64,000 nt of DNA from an uncultured Psychrobacillus sp. (GTDB lineage Bacteria > Bacillota > Bacilli > Bacillales_A > Planococcaceae): positions 15,576-79,575 of the forward strand of contig CAKQHO010000004.1 of the NCBI GenBank assembly GCA_934234185.1, in the 5' to 3' direction. The position numbers and the translations under genes are program-made. Positions 1 through 10,170 of the stretch are shown piece by piece; positions within the stretch are counted from its first letter, which is position 1, and each line of letters opens with the position of its first letter. The notes under the pieces are model-generated. The model ran no database searches, had not been told where the DNA came from, and saw nothing but the letters and a program-made list of their open reading frames with translations.

Positions 1-1
1 A

Positions 2-661
2 AGTAAAAAGAAAGGCCCTATTATTGATCTTGCCTGTGGCACTGGCAGGCTGACAATCCCATTAGCGCTAGAAGGTCATCAGATGATTGGGGTGGACATT
101 CATGCTGGAATGCTAAACCGTGCAAGAGAAAAGGCAAAAAACTTATCTGTAGAATGGTTCGAGCAGGATTGCACTACTTTAGACTTGCCGGTCAAAAGCC
201 CATTCATTTATATGGTCGGAAATTCTTTTCAGCACTTCCATACGAATATTTCTCAAAACCAGGTATTATCCTCGGTATGGAGACATTTGGAGGAGGATGG
301 GATTTTTATCTTTGGAATACAATTCCCTCAAGCGGAAGAGCTCTTGCAGCCACCAGTTGAGGAATATTGGAAAACCTATTTTGATCAGTCACAAATGAAA
401 GAAATAGATGTCTATACCATTAGTGAATATGATTCTCTTCGACAAATTCAGCATTATACTACGATTAGAAGAGCCAAACATTCTCAAGAGGAAGGCAGAA
501 CACATATTAGTCTACGTTATACATATCCAAAGGAAATGGAGAGGCTATTAGAATCCAACTCCTTTGAAATTGTAGGAGCATATGGGGATTGGAAGGGAAC
601 GCCAATTAGTAAAAATAGCCTTGAAATGGTTTATATTTGTCGAAAAAAGGTAAGTAAATAG
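2..661 (+). CDS. class I SAM-dependent methyltransferase (5' end outside window)
   Basis: Frame is open from the window edge. It has the SAM-binding motif I 'IIDLACGTGRLT' followed by 'GVDIHAGML' and 'YMVGNSFQH', typical of Rossmann-fold methyltransferases. Confidence 0.7.
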   Translation, partial: SKKKGPIIDLACGTGRLTIPLALEGHQMIGVDIHAGMLNRAREKAKNLSVEWFEQDCTTLDLPVKSPFIYMVGNSFQHFHTNISQNQVLSSVWRHLEEDGIFIFGIQFPQAEELLQPPVEEYWKTYFDQSQMKEIDVYTISEYDSLRQIQHYTTIRRAKHSQEEGRTHISLRYTYPKEMERLLESNSFEIVGAYGDWKGTPISKNSLEMVYICRKKVSK

Positions 662-775
662 TAAGAGTCCCTTGAACGATGGTATTACATCGTTCTTGGG
701 ACCTATTTTGTGTAATCAAAGAGGAATGGTTATAAGAAAAAGAATAAGAAAATAATAGCCAGAGGAAAATGAACA

Positions 776-2080
776 ATGAATTTAGAAAATAGATTGGCTC
801 AGTGGGTAACATATTATGAAGAAAGCGGCTATTTAAACGGCTCGTTATTGATAGCCTCTAACGAAAAAATTTATATAAACAAAGGCATTGGTATGGCGAA
901 TTGGGAGCATATGGTTCCAAATAAACCAACGACAAAATTTCGCATCGGATCCCTTACGAAGGCTTTTACATCATTTGCTATATTTCAACTGCACGAAGAA
1001 AAGAAATTAAATATACATGATTGCATAGGCAAGTATATCCGTAACTATCCACAAGATAACAAAATTACTATTTATCATTGCTTAACAAATACGTCAGGAA
1101 TACCTAATTTCACAAGCTTTGATGATTTTTGGTTCAAATCCATGAGACTCCCTTCTACATTGGAGGAGCTTATAGATTCATTTAAAAATATGGAACTGGA
1201 ATTTGAGCCTGGAAGTAGATTTGAATATTCTAATTCAGGCTACATTGTTTTAACTGCAATCATCGAGTCTGTTTCTAATATGTCCTATGCGGAGTACATT
1301 AAGGAAAAAATATGCCTTCCCTTAGGAATGAAAAATACAGGCTGCGATGATGGCGTTCATGTCATTCCAAATTTGGCTTCGGGCTATTCATTCTGGGAAA
1401 AACCAATACATGCAGCCTACACAGATTTAACATTTCCGTTAGGGGCATATGGATTATATTCTACAACGGAGGATTTACTTATTTGGGATAAGGCTTTAAA
1501 TTCACCTCAACTTCTAAGTGATGAACTGAAAAAGCTCATGGTTGCTCCAAATCATAGCTCATATGCATGTGGCTGGATGGTCTCTGACATGTTTGGAAGA
1601 AAAGCGATGCATCATTTTGGCGATATTAGTGGCTATTGTAGTGATCTTGTGAGGTTCACAGAGGATAACTTAACAATCATCTTCCTTAGCAACATGAGCA
1701 TTACTCCTGTAACTCATTTAACACGTGAAATTGCGAAGGTGATGTTCAAGGAAGATTTATCCGTTTGTTTTCCGTTTACCCCAATCGATTTTACAGACAT
1801 AGAGAGTAAAGTAGGAAACTATTTCGTAAAAGGAGAACAATATCCTAAGTTTCATATTAGTATGAAGAATGCCGAATTATTTTTGACTGTTCCTAAATTG
1901 TACGGTATTGTATATAAATTTAAACTGGTTCCCGTCAAACACGATTCGTTGACTACCATGTTTGTAACTGAAATGATTGATGAGCAGCTTACATTTTACT
2001 ATTCACTTTTAGGGGAATTAGAGTATGTTGAATATAAAGACTTCTATGGACAAAGGCATATTGTAAATAAAAAATTCTAA
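776..2080 (+). CDS. serine hydrolase, beta-lactamase/PBP4* family
   Basis: 434-aa ORF with SxxK motif 'SLTKAF' and YxN-type motif 'YSNSGY'. AGGAAAA-type RBS region upstream. Confidence 0.75.
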   Translation: MNLENRLAQWVTYYEESGYLNGSLLIASNEKIYINKGIGMANWEHMVPNKPTTKFRIGSLTKAFTSFAIFQLHEEKKLNIHDCIGKYIRNYPQDNKITIYHCLTNTSGIPNFTSFDDFWFKSMRLPSTLEELIDSFKNMELEFEPGSRFEYSNSGYIVLTAIIESVSNMSYAEYIKEKICLPLGMKNTGCDDGVHVIPNLASGYSFWEKPIHAAYTDLTFPLGAYGLYSTTEDLLIWDKALNSPQLLSDELKKLMVAPNHSSYACGWMVSDMFGRKAMHHFGDISGYCSDLVRFTEDNLTIIFLSNMSITPVTHLTREIAKVMFKEDLSVCFPFTPIDFTDIESKVGNYFVKGEQYPKFHISMKNAELFLTVPKLYGIVYKFKLVPVKHDSLTTMFVTEMIDEQLTFYYSLLGELEYVEYKDFYGQRHIVNKKF

Positions 2081-2254
2081 GAAATGCGTATGCACCTATT
2101 TCTGCCCCGACAAGCAGATGGGGGACGACGAGGAGGCAGCCCCTCAGTCACACAGCTGGCTTTCATTTAAAGAGCTGGAGCTAGACAATAGTTAATTAGA
2201 TTATATATTTTTTTATTATGTAAAACAGAGCTGAATCAAAAGTCGTCTTTTGGC

Positions 2255-3826
2255 TCAGCTCTTTTGGATCGGGCCTTGGATTCTGTATGTAATCGTAAGA
2301 AACGGAACACCAAAAATCCACATTCGATGCAAAGCAGACAAATGTTTAGGACTTGTTTCTTTCACTTCGAATCGCTCATGAATCGGTAGCTTAAAGAGAT
2401 TTTTTCCTAAAGCAAGATAGATTCCCGCATCACTATCCACGGTAGCTTGACTAGTCAGCGTTAGCTTTCTCTTACTCTGCCTTAATTCTAATACACCAAT
2501 CATGGAGCTCCATGGCAGAGGTAGCGCGATATTCATATAAGTTTTTTCACTAGTGTGGTGAAAGGAATAAAGCGCGACAAATATGACTTCTTCCTTTATT
2601 TTCCGAACCCATGCTCTTGTCTTTTCTCTGCCATCTACGATACTCACGATATTCCCGGTCATTTCTAATTCTTCCTGGCTTAAAGGAAGGTTCAGCTGTT
2701 GAACTCTTTTACTAAAAAGATGATAAACAGCAGCTAGAGGCTTGAACCAGGAGTGCCAGCGAACACTTGCGAAAAGTCGGTAGTTATTGGTATTCTCGTA
2801 GAAATCACTAATTGTAGGCGCAAGCTTTTTTCTATCAATATATATGCTCATATTATCCACTAACCCGCTATATAGCTCGCTTGTTTTATTGCCCTCTAGT
2901 ATCCTTTCACCGATAGACCATTTACCTCGAATGCTACTAATGGGAAAGCTGTAACCTTCTCTAGAAGCAGGAGTCCACAACCACCACCCGATTAAGCCTC
3001 CTAGACCAAAAATGACACAGTTAAAAAATCCATGAAATCTCAGCATAAAATCGATACCAACACCGAAATAACCAAATACAGTTCCTAAGGCGTACAGTAA
3101 AGAGAAGAGAATGGTCACCCCGATTGCTATGAAAGAAAGCATCACAAAAGCCTTTGCCCAACTGTTTGTGAAATTAGTGCTCCAACAAATTGCAATCAGG
3201 CCGTATATACCCACCACATACATTAGAACAGACAGCAGCTCGAGCCAAGGAGAGAAGGTAATACCGAGAGCAACGATAAGTGGTGCAATTAAAAGAATGG
3301 TAGTGATTACACGATAGCCTTTTGGTTTGGCAATTCGACCAAGTAAGCCAACAAAAATAGGCAATAGAAAGGAGGAGTAATGAAAATGAATTGCAGTTAA
3401 CCAAGTGAGAATAGGGGAAAAGCCAGTATCTATCTCGGTGATATGGGCAAAAAACCATATTCCCCCGATAGCTAAGTAAATCATCCCCATATCGATTGAA
3501 AACTCCTCCAGGCGAGAGAACCCTCTAGATAAAAATCTTCGCAAGCCCTTCCCTGCAACAGCAATTGTAAAACACAAATAAATCGCAGCCAGCAGCCAGT
3601 CCATATTTGTTTCCTCTAGGATTTGTAGGAAGAAAACAGATAAATACGCCGGAACACTAAATAGAAAATAACGAACGCTCTTTTTTCTCCAAATTAAGTG
3701 AAGGGCTATAGGGACAAATACAAGCTGAGCAATGGTTAGCATTAAATAATACCAAGGATGTACGCTTAAAGCTGCACTAGCAATAAATAAAAGAGAGAGC
3801 AACAAGAGGCTATGATTAAATTTCAT
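2255..3826 (-). CDS. polytopic membrane protein, YndJ-like
   Basis: Long ORF with many hydrophobic helices plus a soluble C-terminal domain. I prefer the internal ATG at 3826, preceded by AAAGGAGAG, over the ORF-track start at 3865. Family assignment is from recollection of the DoxX/DUF4166/YndJ gene trio. Confidence 0.5.
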   Translation of the reverse strand: MKFNHSLLLLSLLFIASAALSVHPWYYLMLTIAQLVFVPIALHLIWRKKSVRYFLFSVPAYLSVFFLQILEETNMDWLLAAIYLCFTIAVAGKGLRRFLSRGFSRLEEFSIDMGMIYLAIGGIWFFAHITEIDTGFSPILTWLTAIHFHYSSFLLPIFVGLLGRIAKPKGYRVITTILLIAPLIVALGITFSPWLELLSVLMYVVGIYGLIAICWSTNFTNSWAKAFVMLSFIAIGVTILFSLLYALGTVFGYFGVGIDFMLRFHGFFNCVIFGLGGLIGWWLWTPASREGYSFPISSIRGKWSIGERILEGNKTSELYSGLVDNMSIYIDRKKLAPTISDFYENTNNYRLFASVRWHSWFKPLAAVYHLFSKRVQQLNLPLSQEELEMTGNIVSIVDGREKTRAWVRKIKEEVIFVALYSFHHTSEKTYMNIALPLPWSSMIGVLELRQSKRKLTLTSQATVDSDAGIYLALGKNLFKLPIHERFEVKETSPKHLSALHRMWIFGVPFLTITYRIQGPIQKS

Positions 3827-4418
3827 TTGCCTGAAACTCTCCTTTATATTCAAATAATTTCCCAAAAAGAGGATTAGTAATGAGAACGTGAATGGAATAT
3901 ACTTCTCGTTTCTCTACATATGCCTCCTTAACGAGGACGTTTCCCCTAAGCATTTTAGGCAGAGGGATCTCTAATGTTCCTAGCAAAAATCGCTGAGCAT
4001 CTGATTGAATATGCATTTCTCCATCCTCTGTCACCCTGAAGAGTAAATCAGAGTAAAAGAGGCTAGGATCCCCTAAATAATCCTTTACAATGCCTTTCTT
4101 TGAATCTAAGCTCATCAAGGCATGAAAGTATCTCGTTTTATTTGGAAAGAAGAAGGAGCGTTCCCAATAGACCTGACGTTCCTCGTGAGGTCCAAGGACA
4201 TTCGTATTAATAATCTGGAAGGGAATATTCTTTCCTTGCTCGGGAAATAAAAATTTCCATCGGGTTCCTAAGGAAAAGAGTGGTCTTAGAAATGCAGGTC
4301 TGCCTCCTATATAGGCCATCGTACCCTGTCCTTTAAATACGGGACCTGCATACCTCTGCTGAAGCTTAGGATGCAACTGTTCAAAAGCTTCTCCTAGAAT
4401 TTCACGATAAATAGACAT
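3816..4418 (-). CDS. DUF4166-like protein
   Basis: 200-aa ORF translationally coupled to the genes on both sides. Family name is from memory of this conserved three-gene cluster. Confidence 0.4.
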   Translation of the reverse strand: MSIYREILGEAFEQLHPKLQQRYAGPVFKGQGTMAYIGGRPAFLRPLFSLGTRWKFLFPEQGKNIPFQIINTNVLGPHEERQVYWERSFFFPNKTRYFHALMSLDSKKGIVKDYLGDPSLFYSDLLFRVTEDGEMHIQSDAQRFLLGTLEIPLPKMLRGNVLVKEAYVEKREVYSIHVLITNPLFGKLFEYKGEFQANEI

Positions 4419-4430
4419 AATGGTAACTCC

Positions 4431-5327
4431 TTATCTCGTTCTTTTACAGCTCTTCGCTGTTGGTATATCATTGCTAATCCAAAATCCAGCGATAGATAGG
4501 ATAAACAAAGCAAGATTAAACGTAAAGGGATTGAACGGGTGTGTTAATATACCCGGATCAGCAAGGATTGCTGATAGAGTCAATAAAGGAAAAAGAATTA
4601 GTTGAAGTCCAAATAGTTTTTTCTTCCTTCGATAAAACAGCCATACTAGGCCAAATAATATTTCAAGGGCTCCTATTGTGTGCAGCATGGATGTACCCAT
4701 TGAAAAGGGAGATAATGCAGTTAGCATGCGTAGCTCCTCTGGATGAGTCCATACTATTTTGGGAATTAGACCTTGGTATACCCAGATGATAAAAAATAGA
4801 ATAGTAATCATCCAATACAAAAAGAATCGAGTATATTGTGCTCTTGGGGATTCTTTTTTTTCAAGCCATCTTTTTAGGACATCGAAGCTAAGTGCTGTGC
4901 CCCAGCCCATTCCGGGACGAAAAAGATACTTGTCTACTAGTCTTCCAAATGCTCCAAAGTTCGATTGATAATCATACTGGGTTAAAAACTGTATGCTATC
5001 CTCTTTAGGTATGTACTTCCAATAGCCTTTTCCTTCTCGGATAGGGGAGAGTCTTTGAGTTGTTCCGAAATGCAAGGAGCTTGTCCTGGAATGGTCCTTT
5101 GCATGAAATGACCCTACACTTTTTCCCCAGCCAGCAATACTATAGCCAGGAATTATGTTTGTCTTATATTCAAATAACTGAGGCTCGTTATCTATTTTAG
5201 GCAAATAGTTGATAGAAGAAAATCGTACATCCCACTGCTCATGTAAGGAAGGGGTTTGGGTTGCTTCCCAGAGCTCTTCCATAGGCGCTTCAATGTTAAT
5301 TTCTACATAAATAGGCTTTGTTTTCAT
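4431..5327 (-). CDS. SRPBCC-domain / DoxX-like membrane fusion protein
   Basis: Soluble N-terminal half followed by about four C-terminal TM helices ('FFLYWMITILFFIIWVYQGLIPK...'). First gene of a three-gene minus-strand operon. Confidence 0.45.
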   Translation of the reverse strand: MKTKPIYVEINIEAPMEELWEATQTPSLHEQWDVRFSSINYLPKIDNEPQLFEYKTNIIPGYSIAGWGKSVGSFHAKDHSRTSSLHFGTTQRLSPIREGKGYWKYIPKEDSIQFLTQYDYQSNFGAFGRLVDKYLFRPGMGWGTALSFDVLKRWLEKKESPRAQYTRFFLYWMITILFFIIWVYQGLIPKIVWTHPEELRMLTALSPFSMGTSMLHTIGALEILFGLVWLFYRRKKKLFGLQLILFPLLTLSAILADPGILTHPFNPFTFNLALFILSIAGFWISNDIPTAKSCKRTR

Positions 5328-5418
5328 ACCGTCACCTCTTCTTTAGCTTATCATAATTTAAAGGAAAATTACTCTCTATGAAGAATAGAGTAATAGGGAT
5401 AGAAAGGGGTTCTATAGA

Positions 5419-6447
5419 ATGATTTCTCACAAATTACATAATCGATTTTCTGCACTTGAACAGCATGTATTCGAAACCTCCCAATCTCTTTTTAGTACGG
5501 GAGCGGCGGTGATAGTTATACATAATGATGAAATCGTTACGGAAAGGTATTGGGGAAAGCAGTCTACTAATTTAGACGCTAGAGAGGTTCAAGAGGATAC
5601 GCAATTTCATGTTGCATCCGTAAGAAAAAGCTATATCGGATATGCGGTCGCATATGCTGTTTATCATGGCTATGTGGAATCAATTGATGACGAGGTAACA
5701 AAGTATTTCACTGACTTGAATACAGAATTATATAAGGATACGACCGTCCGCCATCTTTTAACACATTCCCATGGCTTAAAAGAGGTAGATGGAGAAATAA
5801 TACGAGAGTTTGCACCGGGAACAAGCTGGGCTTATAGGCAGATTAATATTAAGCTACTTACGGAATTGGTCAAAAAGACAACAGGGAAAAGCGTGGCAAA
5901 GATAATTAGGGAAGAGGTTTTTAAACCTTTAGGCTTCACCCAAAGTGGATGGTACACAGAACCAAACGAAAAACTAGCAGAGGTTATTAAGGAGGATGGA
6001 GAATCGAATTGGTTTCCCTCTACAAGTACAGAAGGTGATCAAGTGAATATGTATGTCTCTGCAAGGGAGTTGGCTTTATGGGGGTATATCTATTTAAAGG
6101 AAGGTAACATAAACGGGAAGCAACTCGTGAATAAAGATATTATAGAATTAGCTAAATCACTACAAAGTCCCTCCACTATAGATAAGGATCTCCCACAGCA
6201 TGGCTTCCTTTGGTTTGTAAAGGACCTTCCGGCTAAGAAAAATGAAATTGGTTCATTAGTTCCTAAAGAATCCTTCCAAATATTAGGGTTTACAGGTCCT
6301 GCAGTGCTGGTCATACCGGAGGAGAATATCGTAGCTGTTCGTATGCTTAATAGCTTTGGCTCGCCAAAGAACTTTGACTTTTTAGGCAGTATTCGTAGCT
6401 TTGGTGATACAGTAATGAAATGTTTAGAGGGGAAGCAAGGTAATTGA
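5419..6447 (+). CDS. serine hydrolase, beta-lactamase family
   Basis: 342 aa with SxxK motif 'SVRKSY' and a 'HLLTHSHG' region typical of class C beta-lactamase-related esterases. Confidence 0.7.
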   Translation: MISHKLHNRFSALEQHVFETSQSLFSTGAAVIVIHNDEIVTERYWGKQSTNLDAREVQEDTQFHVASVRKSYIGYAVAYAVYHGYVESIDDEVTKYFTDLNTELYKDTTVRHLLTHSHGLKEVDGEIIREFAPGTSWAYRQINIKLLTELVKKTTGKSVAKIIREEVFKPLGFTQSGWYTEPNEKLAEVIKEDGESNWFPSTSTEGDQVNMYVSARELALWGYIYLKEGNINGKQLVNKDIIELAKSLQSPSTIDKDLPQHGFLWFVKDLPAKKNEIGSLVPKESFQILGFTGPAVLVIPEENIVAVRMLNSFGSPKNFDFLGSIRSFGDTVMKCLEGKQGN

Positions 6448-6669
6448 TATCCAGCTAGTTAAATAAAATAGTATGGAATACCGATCAAGGCATAGAGGAA
6501 TGAATCCGGCAGATGATGGTTTTCAGCAGCTGAAAAAATTTAAAAGGTGTAATAAAAAATTTGCTAAAGGATTGATTAGAGGTAATAGAGTTTGCTGTGC
6601 TTCAGTCAAGCAATCACCAAACAGCTATACTAACTATTTTCATCCATTGGAGAAAAAATAACACTAGGG

Positions 6670-6696
6670 AGGGGTGTCCAGTTATTGGCCACCCCT
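6670..6696. terminator. hairpin terminator downstream of the anti-sigma/sigma operon
   Basis: AGGGGTG ... CACCCCT stem immediately after the stop of the minus-strand gene at 6703, with T-rich tracts on both sides. Confidence 0.5.
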
Positions 6697-6702
6697 TCAC
6701 TT

Positions 6703-7776
6703 TTACTGTGCCATGTAATCTTCTCTTTTAATGGGATCGAAGGAGCTCTCTAGCCAAACAGCCCATGCAGTAAAACTCCCGTTTAATGTAAAATACACTT
6801 CTTGTATTTCAGGGTATTTCCAGATAACTTCTACTAATTGTTGAAAAATAATGCCGCTTTCATTAGAAGTCATCGAGCCATAAAGGGATCGTAAATCTGC
6901 AAACTCTATCACTGCCACTCCTTTTTCATTAATAGCTATGCCATTCAACATATTTGCAAATCCAAAGGAGGAAAGCTCTCCACTTAGTAACTCGTTAATC
7001 TCTTTCTCAAGCTCAGGAATTCTCTCTCCATGCTGCTCAAGGTCAAAGAACATTCCAGCAGTGTGAGTATAATCTATTTGATTTCTTACTGTTTCGTCTA
7101 GGATTACCTTTGGTTTTATTCTTTGATCCTTAATATGTGAAATGAGCCACTTGTCATCTTCCTTTTGAAATTGAAGATGAATATTGAATGCATCGTTTTC
7201 TTTTGTAATAGCATGAAAAACTAATTGATATACTTCGCTTCCCTTATCTGTAAAGCCATAGTTGATTAGCTCGGAATATACAACGTTACTTACATAACTC
7301 CATTCATTTTCTTCAAATCGATAGCCATCCGGAAATTCTACATACAAGTTGCGGTGAGAATCCCAATCTACAATAGTATTGGAAATAAAGTTATCTTCCA
7401 CACCGTAGCAGTTAAAGCAAAGGAAGTAACGTTGACTAAATCGCTCTAGCTCTATTTTCAGCTTCTCCGCTTCTTCATCTTGTATTAATGAGACTATTTC
7501 CTCCTCCTCGCGTTCTTCTTCAGGTTCAGTTATTACCGTTGGAGGAGCAGGGTCAGGAGTGGACGTGCTGGGTGATTTCTCGGTTGGTGTAATAATGGAT
7601 AGAGTTAAAATAGCAGCTATACTTACTATCATTAAAGCTACACTTGGAATTAGAAAGCGGAAGGTCTTTTTCTCCTCTTTACTAGTGATTTCTTGAATCA
7701 TCCGTTTTTTCGTATCCTTTGTAAAAAGAGACTTGTTGCCAAGGAATTGTTCTACTTCTTTCTTTATATCATTCAT
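6703..7776 (-). CDS. membrane-anchored anti-sigma factor candidate with GerMN-like C-terminal domain
   Basis: Overlaps the stop of the upstream ECF sigma gene by 8 nt. Has a single TM ('FRFLIPSVALMIVSIAAILTLSII') after a short cytoplasmic N-terminus, then an acidic linker. Confidence 0.5.
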   Translation of the reverse strand: MNDIKKEVEQFLGNKSLFTKDTKKRMIQEITSKEEKKTFRFLIPSVALMIVSIAAILTLSIITPTEKSPSTSTPDPAPPTVITEPEEEREEEEIVSLIQDEEAEKLKIELERFSQRYFLCFNCYGVEDNFISNTIVDWDSHRNLYVEFPDGYRFEENEWSYVSNVVYSELINYGFTDKGSEVYQLVFHAITKENDAFNIHLQFQKEDDKWLISHIKDQRIKPKVILDETVRNQIDYTHTAGMFFDLEQHGERIPELEKEINELLSGELSSFGFANMLNGIAINEKGVAVIEFADLRSLYGSMTSNESGIIFQQLVEVIWKYPEIQEVYFTLNGSFTAWAVWLESSFDPIKREDYMAQ

Positions 7777-8329
7777 AATTGGCAGCCTCCCATTCTATGG
7801 AATTTAGTCGTTTCTTTAAGAGGTTTCTTGCTCGGAATAGTCTTGTTTTAATAGTGTTTTCACTCATATTTAAGAGATCGCTAATCTCTGTTACTGACAT
7901 TTCTTCATAATAATAAAGTAATAAAACCTCTCGATATTTAATAGCTAAAGAAAGAATTTCTTTCATAAGATTACTTTTCTCATCGACATCTAGCATGGCA
8001 TGCTCAGGCGTTTTGTTTGTCGTCAGCCGTTCGAGGAAGACATGAGTAAAATTAGATTTTCTATTCTTCCAGCTCCTCAAATGATCATGGCAGCGATTAA
8101 TGGTCATTTTGCAAAGATACGTCTTTAGGGAGGAACGCTGTGCAAATTGCTCGGAGCTCCTGTAGTATTTCCAAAAAACCTCTTGGACGATATCCTCTGC
8201 AGAGCCCAAGTCCTTTACATATAGATAGGCAAGACGAAGCAAATACTCACCATAGTCATCCATTATTTGTTCCAACAAAATTACTGATTTGGTTGGCTTA
8301 CTCAATTTGAACTCTCCCTTCCACGTCAC
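7769..8329 (-). CDS. ECF-type RNA polymerase sigma-70 family factor
   Basis: Region 2 ('LLRLAYLYVKDLGSAEDIVQEVFWKYY') and region 4 HTH ('MSVTEISDLLNMSENTIKTRLFRAR') are recognisable. Confidence 0.8.
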   Translation of the reverse strand: MTWKGEFKLSKPTKSVILLEQIMDDYGEYLLRLAYLYVKDLGSAEDIVQEVFWKYYRSSEQFAQRSSLKTYLCKMTINRCHDHLRSWKNRKSNFTHVFLERLTTNKTPEHAMLDVDEKSNLMKEILSLAIKYREVLLLYYYEEMSVTEISDLLNMSENTIKTRLFRARNLLKKRLNSIEWEAANYE

Positions 8330-8414
8330 ACAATAGACGTAAGCAAGTTTTGTTTCGTTTCATTTTTAAGAGTAGAGGGAGAATATTTTAATGAGAAGTT
8401 ATGAGGAGAAGGCA

Positions 8415-9152
8415 GTCGGGCGATAGAGAGACGTGATCAATCGAAAAGAGGGGGTTATCAATCGAAAATGAGGGTCTATCGATCGAAAAAGGGAGGGAAT
8501 CGAGCGATAATGAAGGGAATCAATCGAAAGCGAGAGACCGAAGAGAATCGAGCGATTAGAGCCAGTAATCGAGCGGAAGTGAAGCGCTATCAATCGAAAA
8601 GAGGGGATTATCAATCGAAAATGAGGGTCTATCGATCGAAAATGGGAGGTTATCGAGCGATTAATGAAGGGAATCAATTGGATAGCGAGAGAACGAAGAG
8701 AATCGAGCGATAATAGCCAGTAATCGAGCGATAAGAGTCAGTAATCGAGCGGAAGTAAAGTGCAATCAATCGAAACCGAGGGTCTATCAATCGAAAAGAG
8801 GAGGTTATCGAGCGATTCTGATAGGGTATCAATCGAAAAGAGACCCATCGATGCGCTATCGATCGAAAAGAGCCAGTAATCGAGCGGAAGTGAAGTGTTA
8901 TCAATCGAAAAATGAGTCCTATCGATCGAAAAGAGGAGGTTATCGATCGATTAATGAAGGGAATCAATCGGATAGCGAGAGACCAATGAGGATCAATCGA
9001 TAATAGCCAGTAATCGAGCGGAAGCGAAGTGTTATCAATCGAAATCGAGGTCCTATCAATCGAAAAGGCGAGGTTATCGAGCGATTAATGAAGGGAATCA
9101 ATCGAAAGCGAGAGACCGATGGGTATCGAGCGATTCTGATAGGTATCAATCA
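8415..9152. repeat. ~740-bp array of degenerate ~21-22-bp modules (cores TCAATCGAAAAG / TCGATCGAAAA / TCGAGCGAT) with higher-order periodicity
   Basis: 'cgattaatgaagggaatcaat' recurs near 8655, 8945 and 9078, with a variant near 8505. The sequence between them is made of TCRAKCGA-type modules. The three minus-strand ORFs here translate to repetitive FRSI/FRLI strings. Confidence 0.85.
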
Positions 9153-9255
9153 TTGTAATCTTCTCCTTGAACATTCTACTTAATCGAGCTTATTTGCTTT
9201 TGAATGAAAAAAGCACCTAGAAGTTTCCTTCTAGATACTTGGTTAGTAACATCGC

Positions 9256-10032
9256 TTATTTTCCTTTGAACACAGGCTTACGCTTTTCAGAGAATGCATT
9301 CAATGCTTCTACTCGGTCCTCTGTTGGAATGGTGATTTCATAAGCTTTTCTTTCAATATGTAGGCCAGTTTGTAAATCCACATTCATCCCATGCTTCACT
9401 GCAAACTTTGCTTGCTGTAAAGCAATTGGTCCGTTAGCAAGTATTAGAGCTGCGAAGCTTTCTGTTTCTGCTTTCAAATTTTCACGGCTTGCAACTTTGG
9501 TTACTAGTCCATAGGAAAGCGCTTCCTCAGCTTTTAATCTTCTAGCGGTAAGTATTAGTTCTAGTGCTTTTGCTTCTCCTATTAGTCTAGGAAGTCTTTG
9601 TGTCCCTCCGGCTCCTGGGATAATCGCAAGGCTAGTTTCTGTTAAACCCATTAGGATATCATCTGCAGCAATACGGAAATCACACGCTAAAGCAAGCTCA
9701 GTCCCTCCACCAAACGCGTAGCCATTTAGCATCGCAATTGTAGGCTGAGGTAAATTTTCTATTTTAGAGAAGACCTCTCCTATTTTAAAAATATTTCTCT
9801 TTACTCGTTGCTCGGTCAATGTTTTTCTTTCCTTTAAATCTGCCCCGACACTAAAGGATTTTTCTCCGGAGCCAGTATAAATTACTAAGCGGATATCTGG
9901 ATTAATACGAATAGATTCAGTGATTTCCTCTAACTCTTTTAGCATTTCATAGTTAAAAGCATTTAGAGCATTTGGTCTGTTTAATGTCACGTATGCAATA
10001 TTCCCCTGCTGCTCATATCTAATTGTCTCCAC
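9256..10032 (-). CDS. enoyl-CoA hydratase/isomerase (crotonase family)
   Basis: 258 aa with 'FSVGADLKE', 'GYAFGGGTELALACDFRIA' and 'GLTETSLAIIPGAGGTQRLPRLIG' oxyanion-hole motifs. Confidence 0.85.
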   Translation of the reverse strand: METIRYEQQGNIAYVTLNRPNALNAFNYEMLKELEEITESIRINPDIRLVIYTGSGEKSFSVGADLKERKTLTEQRVKRNIFKIGEVFSKIENLPQPTIAMLNGYAFGGGTELALACDFRIAADDILMGLTETSLAIIPGAGGTQRLPRLIGEAKALELILTARRLKAEEALSYGLVTKVASRENLKAETESFAALILANGPIALQQAKFAVKHGMNVDLQTGLHIERKAYEITIPTEDRVEALNAFSEKRKPVFKGK

Positions 10033-10170
10033 AATTGATCCCCCTTGCTAATTTTATATTACTACCTTATCATTTTATGATAATTCTGTCATCAAATGTA
10101 AAAAGAGGTCGATTTTCATTTTTCAGTTTGGTACAATTATAATATTAAAAAGTAGATTAGAGGTCCAAAT

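Noticed and set aside
3111-3458. Short ORFs on both strands inside the YndJ-like gene (3111-3317 plus strand, 3174-3458 minus strand). Similar nested ORFs occur in uvrA, uvrB, hisD, whiA and other long genes.
   Set aside because: They are embedded in long genes with clear family signatures and lack independent translation signals.
6473-6661. 62-aa ORF between the hydrolase gene and the anti-sigma gene.
   Set aside because: It has no RBS, its basic low-complexity sequence looks non-coding, and it ends in the terminator hairpin of the convergent operon.
8399-9149. Three consecutive minus-strand ORFs (92, 97 and 61 aa) and a plus-strand ORF (81 aa) across the repeat array.
   Set aside because: Their translations are just periodic FRSI/FRLI/NRSIT strings produced by the ~21-bp DNA repeat. 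They have no RBS, and the frames change with unit boundaries. I treat this as non-coding satellite DNA.
8415-9152. Possible CRISPR array (also considered for 33447-34110).
   Set aside because: The repeats are contiguous and degenerate, with no unique spacers of constant length. There are no cas genes in the window and no leader-like structure.
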